From the NCBI GenBank assembly GCA_964411375.1, contig CAYPKR010000001.1, positions 40,227-104,226 on the forward strand: 64,000 nucleotides of DNA, given 5' to 3'. Source of the DNA: an uncultured Candidatus Saccharibacteria bacterium. GTDB lineage: Bacteria > Patescibacteriota > Minisyncoccia > Phycocordibacterales > UBA12088. How positions within the stretch are numbered: position 1 is the stretch's first letter; every line of letters starts with the position of its first letter. Of this stretch, positions 54,312-63,987 are shown piece by piece. The notes under the pieces were generated by a model. That model was not told the origin of the DNA. It saw nothing but the letters and a program-made list of their open reading frames with translations, and searched no databases. The position numbers and the translations under genes are program-made.

Positions 54312-56717
54312 TTACACCGCCTTCATCTCTCCCCAATTTTTACCAACTTTCGCCTCGGCTTTAATCGGAACACCCTGCGTCTCTTTCGAAGTGAGGACTG
54401 ATTCCATGATTTTTTTTATTTTTGGAATGATAGTATCGGCATCTTTTGCAGGTAATTCAAAGACAAGTTCATCGTGTACCTGAAGTAAGATATGTGCATC
54501 TACTATTTTTTCTTCTTTGAAGAACTCGACGATGCGCGCCATTGCAATCTTAATCATGTCCGCTTGGGTACCTTGAATCGGTGCATTGATCGCCATACGC
54601 TCTGCCGCTGCGCGAATAAATGGAAGAGATGAGCGGATTCCCTCGAATCGACGCTTCCGCCCAAAATAGGTCAGCGTGTATCCATGCTTCGACGCAAACT
54701 GTTTTGTTTCTTCGAGATAATTTGCGAGGCCAGAAAATGTTTTAAAGTATTCGTCATAAAATACCTGGGCATCGGCGCGCGATGTACCGAGGTTATCTTT
54801 GAGCGCTGTCACACCCATCCCGTAGAGAATGCCGAAGTTAATCACCTTCGCACGGCGACGCATTTCGGAATCTACTTTCTCAGGCGGCACGCCAAACACC
54901 TGTGCCGCGACTGCGCGATGAATATCACCACCCTCTTTAAAAATCTCAATCAATTTTGTATCTTTCGAGAGAAACGCTGCGATGCGAAGTTCGACCTGCG
55001 AATAGTCGATTGAAGCAAGTATCGATCCTTTCTTTGCGATAAATGCATTTCGAATACGACGACCCAGTTCGGTTTTTATTGGAATATTTTGGAGGTTGGG
55101 ATTCAATGATGCCATTCTCCCGGTTGTCGTTCCCGCTTGAATAAAGTCAGCATGGAGACGATTATCTCCACCGAGTTGTTTCGGAATCGTATCAATGTAG
55201 GTGCCCAAGAGTTTTTGATATTCGCGATAGAGAAAAATGTCTTCAATTATCGGATGCATGTCACGCATCTTCTCAAGTTCTGATTCTTTGGTTGATTTTT
55301 GTCCGGTGCCCGTTTTTTTCTGATTTAGCGGTTTGAGTCCGAGTTTATCAAATAGAATATCGCCGAGCTGTTTGGGCGAGCTTACATTAAATTCCTGTCC
55401 TGCTGCCTTGAAGATGCGTTTTTCAATTGCACGGAGTTCCGCATGATATTCCTTTGCGAGCGCAGTGAGATACGGAACATCGATTAGCACACCGACATCA
55501 TGCATCTCTGTAGTAATCGGAATGAGTGGAAGTTCAATATCACGATAGACCGAATCTAATCTTTCTTTCTTAAGTTCTGCTTCAAGTTTTTCTTTTGCTT
55601 CAGAAACCGTGTCGGCTTTTGCATATTCGAGTACATCCATCCTTGTGGGATTTGTGAAATCAGATCGTAAGAGCCACAGTGCAACACTTGCTGCGTGGAG
55701 GGTTTCAGGATCGTAGGAATCTTCGACTGCTGGTTCTTGCTCTTGAATATTTTCAAGCAAACTATTGGTGCCAAACATTTCTTTGACGCGGATCGTAAGC
55801 GAACGAAATGCAAGCTCTGCAAAAAGTGTCGTTATTTTTTCGATACTAATTGCGTCGCGCCACCGATCTTTCGGAAGTGAAAAATCAATTGGCGCATCAC
55901 GGCGGATTGTTGCAAGCGCCTTTGAAAAAACCGCTTCTTCTTCGTGCTCACGAAGCAGTTCAAGTATGCGAGGTTTTATTCCCTTCTCAAGAAATCCTTT
56001 GTCACTTTTTTTCAGTTGCTTGTAGATAGTTTCAATCGATCCAAACTGCGATATCAAATCCGTTGCGGTTTTTTCACCGATTCCTGGAATACCAATGATG
56101 TTGTCAGATGGATCACCCCGAAGTCCTTTGTAATCAGGGAGAAGCTTGGGAAGAAATCCAAATCGTCCAAGCACTCCTGCTTCGTCATAAATAATGGTGT
56201 CCTGAATCCCCTTCTTTAGGGTGTAGACGCGCACCTTGGTGCCCTCAACGAGCTGAAGCGTATCCATGTCGCCTGATGCGATCAAGACTTCCAAATCTTT
56301 TTCTTTCTTTACTCGCTCGACGATGGTCCCAAGAAGATCATCGGCTTCAAACCCTTCGAGCGCGTAGAGTGGAATATTGAATGCTTCAAACACATCTTTT
56401 GAGCGCGTAATCTGAACCGAAAGTGCGTCATCTGTTTTTGCACGCCCTGCTTTGTAACCGTCATACACTTCATGGCGATAGGTTGGTTTCGGTAAATCGA
56501 AACACGCGATTATATAATCTGGTTTGAGTTCTTCCGAGATTTTTAAAATCATCGCGGCAAGTCCATAGAGTGCACCAGTCGGCTCACCTTTATTTGACGT
56601 AAAGTCTGGAAGCGCATGATATGCGCGGTGGAGAATCGCATGCGAATCCAAGAGGACGAGACGTCGCTTCTTTGCATTTTTGCCTTTTGATTTTTCCGTT
56701 TTTTTCTGTGCGGACAT
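54312..56717 (-). CDS. polA: DNA polymerase I
   Basis: 5-prime nuclease domain (LVLLDSHAILHRAYHA), polymerase motifs A (DYSQVELRI) and C (QVHDELVFE). Start at internal Met MSAQKK. Confidence 0.93.
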   Translation of the reverse strand: MSAQKKTEKSKGKNAKKRRLVLLDSHAILHRAYHALPDFTSNKGEPTGALYGLAAMILKISEELKPDYIIACFDLPKPTYRHEVYDGYKAGRAKTDDALSVQITRSKDVFEAFNIPLYALEGFEADDLLGTIVERVKKEKDLEVLIASGDMDTLQLVEGTKVRVYTLKKGIQDTIIYDEAGVLGRFGFLPKLLPDYKGLRGDPSDNIIGIPGIGEKTATDLISQFGSIETIYKQLKKSDKGFLEKGIKPRILELLREHEEEAVFSKALATIRRDAPIDFSLPKDRWRDAISIEKITTLFAELAFRSLTIRVKEMFGTNSLLENIQEQEPAVEDSYDPETLHAASVALWLLRSDFTNPTRMDVLEYAKADTVSEAKEKLEAELKKERLDSVYRDIELPLIPITTEMHDVGVLIDVPYLTALAKEYHAELRAIEKRIFKAAGQEFNVSSPKQLGDILFDKLGLKPLNQKKTGTGQKSTKESELEKMRDMHPIIEDIFLYREYQKLLGTYIDTIPKQLGGDNRLHADFIQAGTTTGRMASLNPNLQNIPIKTELGRRIRNAFIAKKGSILASIDYSQVELRIAAFLSKDTKLIEIFKEGGDIHRAVAAQVFGVPPEKVDSEMRRRAKVINFGILYGMGVTALKDNLGTSRADAQVFYDEYFKTFSGLANYLEETKQFASKHGYTLTYFGRKRRFEGIRSSLPFIRAAAERMAINAPIQGTQADMIKIAMARIVEFFKEEKIVDAHILLQVHDELVFELPAKDADTIIPKIKKIMESVLTSKETQGVPIKAEAKVGKNWGEMKAV

Positions 56718-56727
56718 GTCTGGGAAA

Positions 56728-57180
56728 TTACAACGTATCACTGATCCGAATTCCACGCACATCAGGACCTTCGTGTGAAAAAGTAATTCGAACGGCACTC
56801 GGAGGTAGGAGCGATTCTACTCGATCTGCCCATTCAATAAAAATAAGATTCTTAGGATCGGCGAGATCGTCCCCAAACTTTAATGTCGTGAGTTCTTTTG
56901 GATCTTCAATTCGATACGCATCGATATGAATGAGTGTGGTAAATGGCTCTTCGAGAAGCGGGTACCGACGCTCAATCACAAAGGTTGGACTCTGCATCAA
57001 ATCGGAAATTCCAAGCACTTCCCCACATTTTTGTACGAAAGTAGTTTTACCAGCACCAAGGTCTCCAAGAAGTGCAACAACAGTCGCTTCATTTGTATGT
57101 GCACCTTGCGCCAAAAGCGTCTGTATAAAAACATTGGCGACTTTTTTTGTTTCCGCGACGCTTTTTGAAATTACCTGCAT
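56728..57180 (-). CDS. tsaE: tRNA threonylcarbamoyladenosine biosynthesis protein TsaE
   Basis: Starts at internal Met MQVISK. P-loop LLGDLGAGKTTFVQ and SPTFVI matching the TsaE signature. Confidence 0.8.
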   Translation of the reverse strand: MQVISKSVAETKKVANVFIQTLLAQGAHTNEATVVALLGDLGAGKTTFVQKCGEVLGISDLMQSPTFVIERRYPLLEEPFTTLIHIDAYRIEDPKELTTLKFGDDLADPKNLIFIEWADRVESLLPPSAVRITFSHEGPDVRGIRISDTL

Positions 57181-57192
57181 CGCTCTATTGTA

Positions 57193-57246
57193 GCAAAAAG
57201 AAAAATCGCCCGCGGGATCGGCTCGACTGATGGTCGAACCGATCCC
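57193..57246 (-). terminator. minus-strand intrinsic terminator (GGGAUCGGUUCGACC-AUCAG-UCGAGCCGAUCCC plus U-run) just upstream of tsaE
   Basis: 13-bp stem followed on the minus strand by GCGGGCGAUUUUUCUUUUUGC. Confidence 0.7.
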
Positions 57247-57249
57247 AAA

Positions 57250-57620
57250 CGGGACGATTAATATGATGGCACCCGAAGATGGGGTACCGAGAATTGAGGA
57301 ACTGAATCTTGGGGTACCGATTGGTAACCGGCTGCCCCGCCTCGATATCGACCTGGAGGATTTCCGAAGTCGATGGAGAGATTTACGCTTTCGCTGTACG
57401 TCGCGTATCCACGAGGTGAAATAGTGGTCCGTAGCGAATGCCTGGCGACAATCTTGCGATTGCCGTTTGTGCATCCGGCCTGCGCTTGGCCGGTAAACTG
57501 ACCGCCGTAGACCGACGTTGTTGACCGAGCCTTAGCTTCTACACGGTAGTCGCTGTCCGCCGCCTGCTGACTGCAGAGAGCGGACGCGGCCTTGAGTGTT
57601 TCCTGCGGCCTGCCAGTGCA
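57250..57620 (-). ncRNA. candidate structured noncoding RNA (unclassified) between the lipoprotein gene and the terminator
   Basis: About 370 nt, GC-rich relative to surroundings. The only coding frames are Arg-rich junk. Ends at a strong minus-strand terminator. RNase P, tmRNA or SRP identity could not be confirmed by eye. Confidence 0.3.
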
Positions 57621-57624
57621 GGCG

Positions 57625-58188
57625 TTAGCCGTTAGGCACAGAAGTATCAGGGTACAGATTTGCGCATATCCCCTGAAGCTGCGCCAAATCCGAAGGGGAG
57701 TAGTTGCTTGCGTGCTGTTTGACGTCGAGGCAGATGTTCTCCGCAACGTCCTTACTCCCTGTATGAGATTGATCGGCATGACTTGTCTCCATACCGTCAC
57801 CGCCAAGAGCGGCACCAGTCTTTGCCTGAGTGGGAGTTGTTGGGTTCGGCGCAGCACGAGGGGCGCCCTGTGCTGCTGGGGCAGGAGGTGCGACTGGAGC
57901 GAGCCCGACAGACCGCTGTCCATTGAAAGCGCTTGCCTGCCCAAGAGCACCTCCGGTACCCTGCTTACCAGTTACATCGAGACCGAAACCGGTCCCGCTG
58001 CACTGGTATTCCGGCGGACAAAGGCTCGGGTCAGAGCCAGCCCGGACATAGGTAGCGGCATTGCGTGCGTCGCTCGGGTCAAGCAGATTTGACTGATTTC
58101 CGCTCTGGTCCACCGAAGAAGCGGCCGAGGAGCAAGCGCCGAGCGCGAGAAGTCCTAAGACTACCCAATGCTTACCTAGATTCAACAT
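57625..58188 (-). CDS. Gly/Ala/Pro-rich lipoprotein
   Basis: Start ATG 58188 with GGAGAT upstream. MLNLGKHWVVLGLLALGACSS lipobox. Confidence 0.55.
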   Translation of the reverse strand: MLNLGKHWVVLGLLALGACSSAASSVDQSGNQSNLLDPSDARNAATYVRAGSDPSLCPPEYQCSGTGFGLDVTGKQGTGGALGQASAFNGQRSVGLAPVAPPAPAAQGAPRAAPNPTTPTQAKTGAALGGDGMETSHADQSHTGSKDVAENICLDVKQHASNYSPSDLAQLQGICANLYPDTSVPNG

Positions 58189-58332
58189 GTCGAAGATCTC
58201 CATGTACACGGCTGACCGAGAGGTCAAAGCCATAGGTTTCAGAAAAACGCTTTCGGGACTATAGCATATAAAATGGTCATTTGTCAATAGCCTGCTTCCC
58301 TGCGCTAGGCGGCTAGTGGTACTATTGAACAA

Positions 58333-60000
58333 ATGTCCCAAATCCAAGAAGGCAAACAACGCGCGAGACTCGACGAAATCCGCGGTCGCGAGGAAGAAGA
58401 GCTTGCCAAAGTACTTTCAAAAAAATACGGCATCGAGTATGCCGACCTTTCGCAGCAAGTTATCGAGACTGATGCGCTTCGCCTTGTTGAGGAACAGGAA
58501 GCAAGACAAGCAGAACTCGCGACATTTCTCCGCGCCGGAAAAAAGGTGTCGATAGCGCTTCGGAGTCCAAATAATTCCTACGTCAAAGAAATTCTCGATC
58601 ATCTGAAAGAACTCGGCTACATTCTCTCAATCTACATGGTCTCACGCGCAAGCCTTGAGCGTGCGTGGTCACGGTACAAAGAAATTTCATTCGCGATGGA
58701 GACACGTGCCGGAATGCTTGATATTTCTGCAGATGAAATTCGGGAACTCATCAAAAGCATTACTACATTTCAAATCGCCCAAGCAAAAATTCGCGAAGTG
58801 CTCGGCCTGAACAAAGCACACCGACTTTCTAAAATTCTTGAATCGATTCTTGGCGCTGCGCTTGCGCTGAACGCGTCCGACGTTCATATCGAGCCGGAAG
58901 AAACGTTCGTGCGCGTGCGCGTGCGCCTCGACGGCGTTTTGACCGACTTGGTTGAATTTGATCGCGAAACATTCGGCCTTCTCGATTCACGCATCAAATT
59001 GCTCTCGGGACTGAAACTTAACGTCAAAGACGAAGGACAGGACGGAAGATTCTCCGTCAAAATTGATAATGCTGATATTGAAATCCGTACCAGCGTTATC
59101 CCAGGCGCATACGGTGAAGCGCTCGTTATGCGTATTTTGAATCCGAATTCTATTTCGGTTCCAATGGAAGAACTCGGCATGGATCCACATCTCTTGGCGA
59201 TTTTGGAAGAAGAAATTGGAAAGCCGAACGGAATGATTCTGAACACGGGTCCGACTGGTTCGGGAAAAACGACGACGCTGTACGCCTTTCTCAAAAAAAT
59301 TCACAAACCAGATATTAAGATTATTACGATTGAAGACCCGATCGAGTATCACCTGCCTGGCGTCGTACAAACTCAAACAGAAAAAGAATATACGTTTGCC
59401 TCGGGACTCCGCTCTGCACTTCGTCAAGACCCTGACGTCATCATGATCGGCGAGATCCGAGACGCGGAAGTGGCAGAAACGGCGATGCATGCCGCGCTCA
59501 CTGGTCACTTGGTGTTCTCAACACTTCACACCAATAACGCGGCGGGCGCATTCCCTCGCATGGTGGACCTCGGGATTAATCCGAAAGTGATTAGCTCGGG
59601 CGTCAATATTGTGATGGCACAGCGCCTTGTGCGAAAATTGCGCAAGGATGTCGCAAAGCAGGTACCGCTCGAAGGCAAAGAAAAAGAGTTCGTAGAGAGC
59701 GTCCTCGCTTCAATCACCAACAAAGATCTGATTCCTCCGAATCCCACGATGAAATGGGAGCCAGATGAGACTAAAGCGGAGGCAAATGCGGCATTTAGAG
59801 GTCGAATTGGTATCTTTGAAGCAATCAGAGTGGACGATGCGGTCGACCGATTGGTGGTTGGCGGCGCAAGCGAGCGAGAAATTGCCGAAGGAGTGAAGAG
59901 TCAGGGCATTCTTACGATGGTTCAGGATGGCGTCGTGAAAGTTCTTCAAGGTACGACAACGATCGCCGAATTAGGCCGCGTCCTCGATCTCGGACTGTAG
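58333..60000 (+). CDS. pilB: type IV pilus assembly ATPase PilB (GspE family)
   Basis: Walker A GPTGSGKTTTL. Asp box, Walker B IMIGEIRD, His box TGHLVFSTLHTNNA. Confidence 0.9.
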   Translation: MSQIQEGKQRARLDEIRGREEEELAKVLSKKYGIEYADLSQQVIETDALRLVEEQEARQAELATFLRAGKKVSIALRSPNNSYVKEILDHLKELGYILSIYMVSRASLERAWSRYKEISFAMETRAGMLDISADEIRELIKSITTFQIAQAKIREVLGLNKAHRLSKILESILGAALALNASDVHIEPEETFVRVRVRLDGVLTDLVEFDRETFGLLDSRIKLLSGLKLNVKDEGQDGRFSVKIDNADIEIRTSVIPGAYGEALVMRILNPNSISVPMEELGMDPHLLAILEEEIGKPNGMILNTGPTGSGKTTTLYAFLKKIHKPDIKIITIEDPIEYHLPGVVQTQTEKEYTFASGLRSALRQDPDVIMIGEIRDAEVAETAMHAALTGHLVFSTLHTNNAAGAFPRMVDLGINPKVISSGVNIVMAQRLVRKLRKDVAKQVPLEGKEKEFVESVLASITNKDLIPPNPTMKWEPDETKAEANAAFRGRIGIFEAIRVDDAVDRLVVGGASEREIAEGVKSQGILTMVQDGVVKVLQGTTTIAELGRVLDLGL

Positions 60001-60278
60001 CAAAACAAAAATCCGGCAGATAACCCTCTAAGCAACACTTTCAATACAAGTACTGAAAGCCGAGTGATTATTCTAAGGAGATTCCCAGTGATTCTTCTGT
60101 AGGAAGGGACCAGGAAATCCTCGAAAAATCCCCGCAGCCTTATACAGGCCTCGTCGCTTAGAGGGTTATACGCCGGATTTGGCGCCGCACGTGTCCTTGG
60201 GGAAACTGAAGGACAAATAAAAATACCCGTGGTGCGGGTGCATGCGGGCTTCGAGAAAACTAGCACGAAAAGAAATAT

Positions 60279-61304
60279 ATGTCAAGCTCTACCCCCAACG
60301 CTCCCCTTGCTGACCAGTCGCTCGACCGGACACTCCGCCCGAGTTCCTGGGACGAATATATCGGACAATCTGGCACTAAGGAGAACCTTCAGATATTGCT
60401 CTCGGCGGCAAAGGAGCGTGGCCATGCTCCTGAACATCTTCTCTTCTATGGCCCCCCAGGTCTTGGAAAGACAACGTTGGCGCATTTGATTGCGCGAGAG
60501 TTAGGCGTACAGATGAAAGTTACTTCGGGCCCCGCAATCGAACGAGTCGGCGATCTTGCTGCGCTTCTTACCAACCTTTCGAAAGGTGACATTCTATTTA
60601 TTGATGAGATTCATCGATTGAATAAAGCGATTGAGGAAGTTCTCTACCCTGCGCTTGAAAGCGGCGTACTCGATATCATCATCGGTAAAGGTCCGTCAGC
60701 GCGCACCATTCAACTCGAACTCCCCCCATTCACCTTAGTTGCAGCGACAACAAAAATTTCGGGACTCTCCGCCCCGCTTCGCTCGCGTTTTTCCGGTGGC
60801 GTCTTTCGTCTCGATTTTTACACTGAAGAAGAGTTAGGAAAAATTTTACTTCGCTCATCTCGAGTACTACAAACTGAAGCGAGTTCGGATGCGATTAGAA
60901 TGATTGCAGAGCGAAGTCGCTACACTCCAAGAACCGCAAATTATCTTTTGAAACGTGCGCGTGATTTTGCACAAGTAAAAAAACTACCACTTGAAGCGGC
61001 GGCCGTTTCTGAAGCGCTTCGACTGCTTGAAATTGATGAGCTTGGTCTCACTGCCGCTGACCGTGCGGTTCTGGATATTTTAATTCGAAAATTTAATGGT
61101 GGACCTGTTGGACTCGGCACCCTTGCTGCAGCGACTAGTGAAGAAGACGGGACCATTGAAGATGTGTACGAGCCGTATCTGCTTCGATCAGGACTTATCG
61201 AGCGAACGCCACGTGGACGAGTTGCAACAAAGCGCGCATACGAACATCTTGATCTCATGGATGAATGGCGCGGACAGGAAGAGTTACCAGTATCGTCAGA
61301 ATAA
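60279..61304 (+). CDS. ruvB: Holliday junction DNA helicase RuvB
   Basis: LLFYGPPGLGKTTLAHLIA, DEIHRL, plus sensor motifs. Confidence 0.95.
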   Translation: MSSSTPNAPLADQSLDRTLRPSSWDEYIGQSGTKENLQILLSAAKERGHAPEHLLFYGPPGLGKTTLAHLIARELGVQMKVTSGPAIERVGDLAALLTNLSKGDILFIDEIHRLNKAIEEVLYPALESGVLDIIIGKGPSARTIQLELPPFTLVAATTKISGLSAPLRSRFSGGVFRLDFYTEEELGKILLRSSRVLQTEASSDAIRMIAERSRYTPRTANYLLKRARDFAQVKKLPLEAAAVSEALRLLEIDELGLTAADRAVLDILIRKFNGGPVGLGTLAAATSEEDGTIEDVYEPYLLRSGLIERTPRGRVATKRAYEHLDLMDEWRGQEELPVSSE

Positions 61305-61308
61305 ATAT

Positions 61309-61839
61309 ATGTCAGGTCACAATAAGTGGAGCAAAATTAAACATAAAAAAGCAGACTCTGATGCAAAGAAAAGCAAGGAGTTTTCAAAAGTAGCGAGTTT
61401 GATCGCCGCAGAATCAAAGCGCGTGAAGGGTGATCAGACCGCAGCGACCCTTCGAGTTCTCATCGACAAAGCACGTTCAATTAATATGCCAAAAGAAAAT
61501 ATTGAACGGGCAATTTCAAAAGGCCGCGACAACCCAAACGCGTCATACGATACCGTACTCTACGAAGCATACGGTCCTGGAGGTGTTGCAATAATCATTG
61601 AAGGGGTTACGGACAATAAAAATCATGTCGCCTCAGAATTAAAGAAGGTGTTTTCAAGACACAACGTTGCACTTGCCGCTCCAGGAAGTGCCATTTGGGC
61701 ATTTACCAAAACGGAGGAAGGCTACGAGCCGAGCGTTACTGTACCGCTTGAAGACGCCGACATTGAGAAGCTAGAAAAAATTGTGGAAGAAATTGAAGAA
61801 GTACAAGATATCAATGACGTCTACACCAACGCGGAGTAA
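61309..61839 (+). CDS. yebC: YebC/PmpR-family transcriptional regulator
   Basis: MSGHNKWSKIKHKK start (ATG 61309). Lies between ruvB and ruvC, as in many bacteria. Confidence 0.9.
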   Translation: MSGHNKWSKIKHKKADSDAKKSKEFSKVASLIAAESKRVKGDQTAATLRVLIDKARSINMPKENIERAISKGRDNPNASYDTVLYEAYGPGGVAIIIEGVTDNKNHVASELKKVFSRHNVALAAPGSAIWAFTKTEEGYEPSVTVPLEDADIEKLEKIVEEIEEVQDINDVYTNAE

Positions 61840-61984
61840 TTTCTAGTAAAATCTCCACTTGCTTTGTTACGGAGCCTCTGCGTTTCGTTGCCGTACTATT
61901 CTATACGTCTCCTCAACGCTTTCTCCGTGCCGCGCAGGTGGAGATTTTACATACGAAATTGTGATTTAAGAGTATACTTCGCTC

Positions 61985-62485
61985 ATGCGAATACTTGCGC
62001 TTGATCCCGGATACGGACGTCTCGGCATTGCCATCGTTGAAAAAAAAGAAAACAAAGAGCACGTTCTTTTCTCCGATTGCATCGAAACAAGCTCAAAGAC
62101 ACCCTTCCCTGAACGTCTACATACTCTGGGGATAGCGATTGAAGCAGCACGGAACAAATATGATCCAGGTGCGATTGCACTTGAGCGATTGTATTTCACC
62201 AACAATCAAAAAACGGCAATGCATGTGGCGGAAGTTCGCGGCATGATTATTCATCTCGCGAGTACATTCGCACTTCCAGTCTTTGAATATACGCCGGGTG
62301 AAATCAAGGTTGCCGTATCCGGAAGTGGTCGAAGTGACAAACGACAAATGATGAGCATGGTCCAAAGACTCGTCCATGTCCGAGACGGAATCAAACACGA
62401 TGACGAGTATGATGCGATTGCGGTTGGACTTACCTGTATTGCCAGTGAGCGAAATCTGTTTTTGAATGTGAAAAAGGGGGCTTGA
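61985..62485 (+). CDS. ruvC: crossover junction endodeoxyribonuclease RuvC
   Basis: MRILALDPGYGRLGIAIV. Catalytic D/E/D/D pattern. Confidence 0.9.
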   Translation: MRILALDPGYGRLGIAIVEKKENKEHVLFSDCIETSSKTPFPERLHTLGIAIEAARNKYDPGAIALERLYFTNNQKTAMHVAEVRGMIIHLASTFALPVFEYTPGEIKVAVSGSGRSDKRQMMSMVQRLVHVRDGIKHDDEYDAIAVGLTCIASERNLFLNVKKGA

Positions 62486-62574
62486 AAAAGATTTAGCTTC
62501 TGATACAACTATGGCAATCTTTGCCCGCAACTATTTTGAGCGAAGAGTTTATAAAAAAGTAACGTTGAAGGCAC

Positions 62575-62745
62575 ATGGTTTCGGATACTGATTTTAAATC
62601 ATTTCGAGTGTCTGATGATGACGCTGATCCAGACGGAGTAGTCTTGGGTGACGATGCGCTTCCTGAAGCGATAGATCCCCTCGAAGAGGAAGAAGGAATG
62701 GGATGGGGTTCGAAAGAAGGATCGGCGGATGACGACATGGAATAA
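62575..62745 (+). CDS. hypothetical small acidic protein (56 aa)
   Basis: MVSDTDFKSFRVSDDDADPDGVVLGDDALPEAIDPLEEEEGMGWGSKEGSADDDME. Below the ORF-track size cutoff. Followed directly by a terminator. Confidence 0.3.
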   Translation: MVSDTDFKSFRVSDDDADPDGVVLGDDALPEAIDPLEEEEGMGWGSKEGSADDDME

Positions 62746-62758
62746 GCGACAATCAAAC

Positions 62759-62789
62759 CAAAAAAGTGCAGGACATCCTGCGCTTTTTT
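62759..62789 (+). terminator. bidirectional terminator between the small acidic ORF and tyrS
   Basis: AAAAAAGTGCAGGACATCCTGCGCTTTTTTG. Confidence 0.8.
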
Positions 62790-62790
62790 G

Positions 62791-63987
62791 TTAGCTAATT
62801 GTTATTTTCAAAAAACGCTGTTTACCAATACGGAGAATCATTTCTCGTTCAACATGAAGAGTGGGGTCATCCATTTTGATGCCAGCTTCTTCGGGAAGTG
62901 AGATTGCACCCTGTTCAAACAGTCGACGCGCTTCAGATTTTGATTCAATGAGTTTGCTTTCCATGAGCGCATCAAGAAGCAACGTACCTCGAGAGACGGA
63001 AACTTCCGGAATATCTGCCGGCACCTCCCCTTTTGAAAAAGTCTCTACCCAAAAATCTTCCGCATCACGCGCAGCATTTGCATCGTGATACATCGATACA
63101 ATCTCTCGTGCTAACCGCATCTTCGCGTCTTTTGGATGCTCAAGGAGGATCTCTCTAACTTCGTTCATTGGAACTCGGGTCGTGAGTTCAAAATATTCAG
63201 GGAGGAGCGAATCGGTAATACTCATTACTTTGCCGTACATGTCCCGCGATGAATCAAGAAGATTGATGACATTTCCCCAACTCGAACTCATTTTTCGTCC
63301 ATCAAGTCCAGCAATGAGCGGATTTAAAATAATATCTTGTGGTTCCTGTCCGTACTTTACTTGGAGCGGTCGACCTGCGAGCACATTAAATTTCTGATCA
63401 GTGCCACCAAGTTCGACATCTGCTTCTACCGCAACGGAATCATACCCCTGCATCAACGGGTACAAAACTTCACGAAGCGAGACACGCTTTCCTTCATCGA
63501 GTCGTTTTCGAATATTTTCACGTGCGGTAAAATCAGCGACCGAAAAAAGATCTGCGTGTTCGCCAATTTCACGATACGAAAGATTTTCAAGCCATTCACT
63601 GTTATAGCGAAGCTCGACTTTTGAAAGATCGAGAATCTTCCCCGCCTGATCAAAATAGCTTTGCTTGTTTTTTTCAATAATTTCTCGCTCGAGCATCGGC
63701 CGTTCGCTGTCTTTGTCGGACGTGTCCCCAATAACTGCAGTAAAATCGCCAACAATAAGAACAACTTGGTGTCCGAGTTCTTGAAAATCTCGAAGCTTCA
63801 GGAGCGGAATCGAGCGGCCAATATGGAGATTGGGGCTGGTTGGGTCAATTCCAAGCTTCACCCGAAGACGCTTGCCCTCACGGAGCTTCTTCTCGAGGGA
63901 GTCTTTCTGTATCACTTCAGCAACACCACGCGTAAGGAGTTCTGCTATTTTTCCGTCATCAGTATTGATTTCCCCGCCGATTTTCAT
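62791..63987 (-). CDS. tyrS: tyrosyl-tRNA synthetase
   Basis: HIGR (HIGH-like), KMSSS (KMSKS) and C-terminal S4 domain. Confidence 0.93.
   Translation of the reverse strand: MKIGGEINTDDGKIAELLTRGVAEVIQKDSLEKKLREGKRLRVKLGIDPTSPNLHIGRSIPLLKLRDFQELGHQVVLIVGDFTAVIGDTSDKDSERPMLEREIIEKNKQSYFDQAGKILDLSKVELRYNSEWLENLSYREIGEHADLFSVADFTARENIRKRLDEGKRVSLREVLYPLMQGYDSVAVEADVELGGTDQKFNVLAGRPLQVKYGQEPQDIILNPLIAGLDGRKMSSSWGNVINLLDSSRDMYGKVMSITDSLLPEYFELTTRVPMNEVREILLEHPKDAKMRLAREIVSMYHDANAARDAEDFWVETFSKGEVPADIPEVSVSRGTLLLDALMESKLIESKSEARRLFEQGAISLPEEAGIKMDDPTLHVEREMILRIGKQRFLKITIS

Noticed and set aside
57250-57620. Specific call of tmRNA (tested a possible tag frame ending AKA-stop) or RNase P RNA
   Set aside because: The tag would be atypical. 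No tRNA-like 3-prime end with CCA. Universal RNase P P4 sequences were not found. Reported only as a candidate ncRNA.
57258-57950. 230-aa Arg-rich minus ORF
   Set aside because: Overlaps the lipoprotein frame and the GC-rich noncoding region. Composition is typical of an out-of-frame read of GC-rich DNA.
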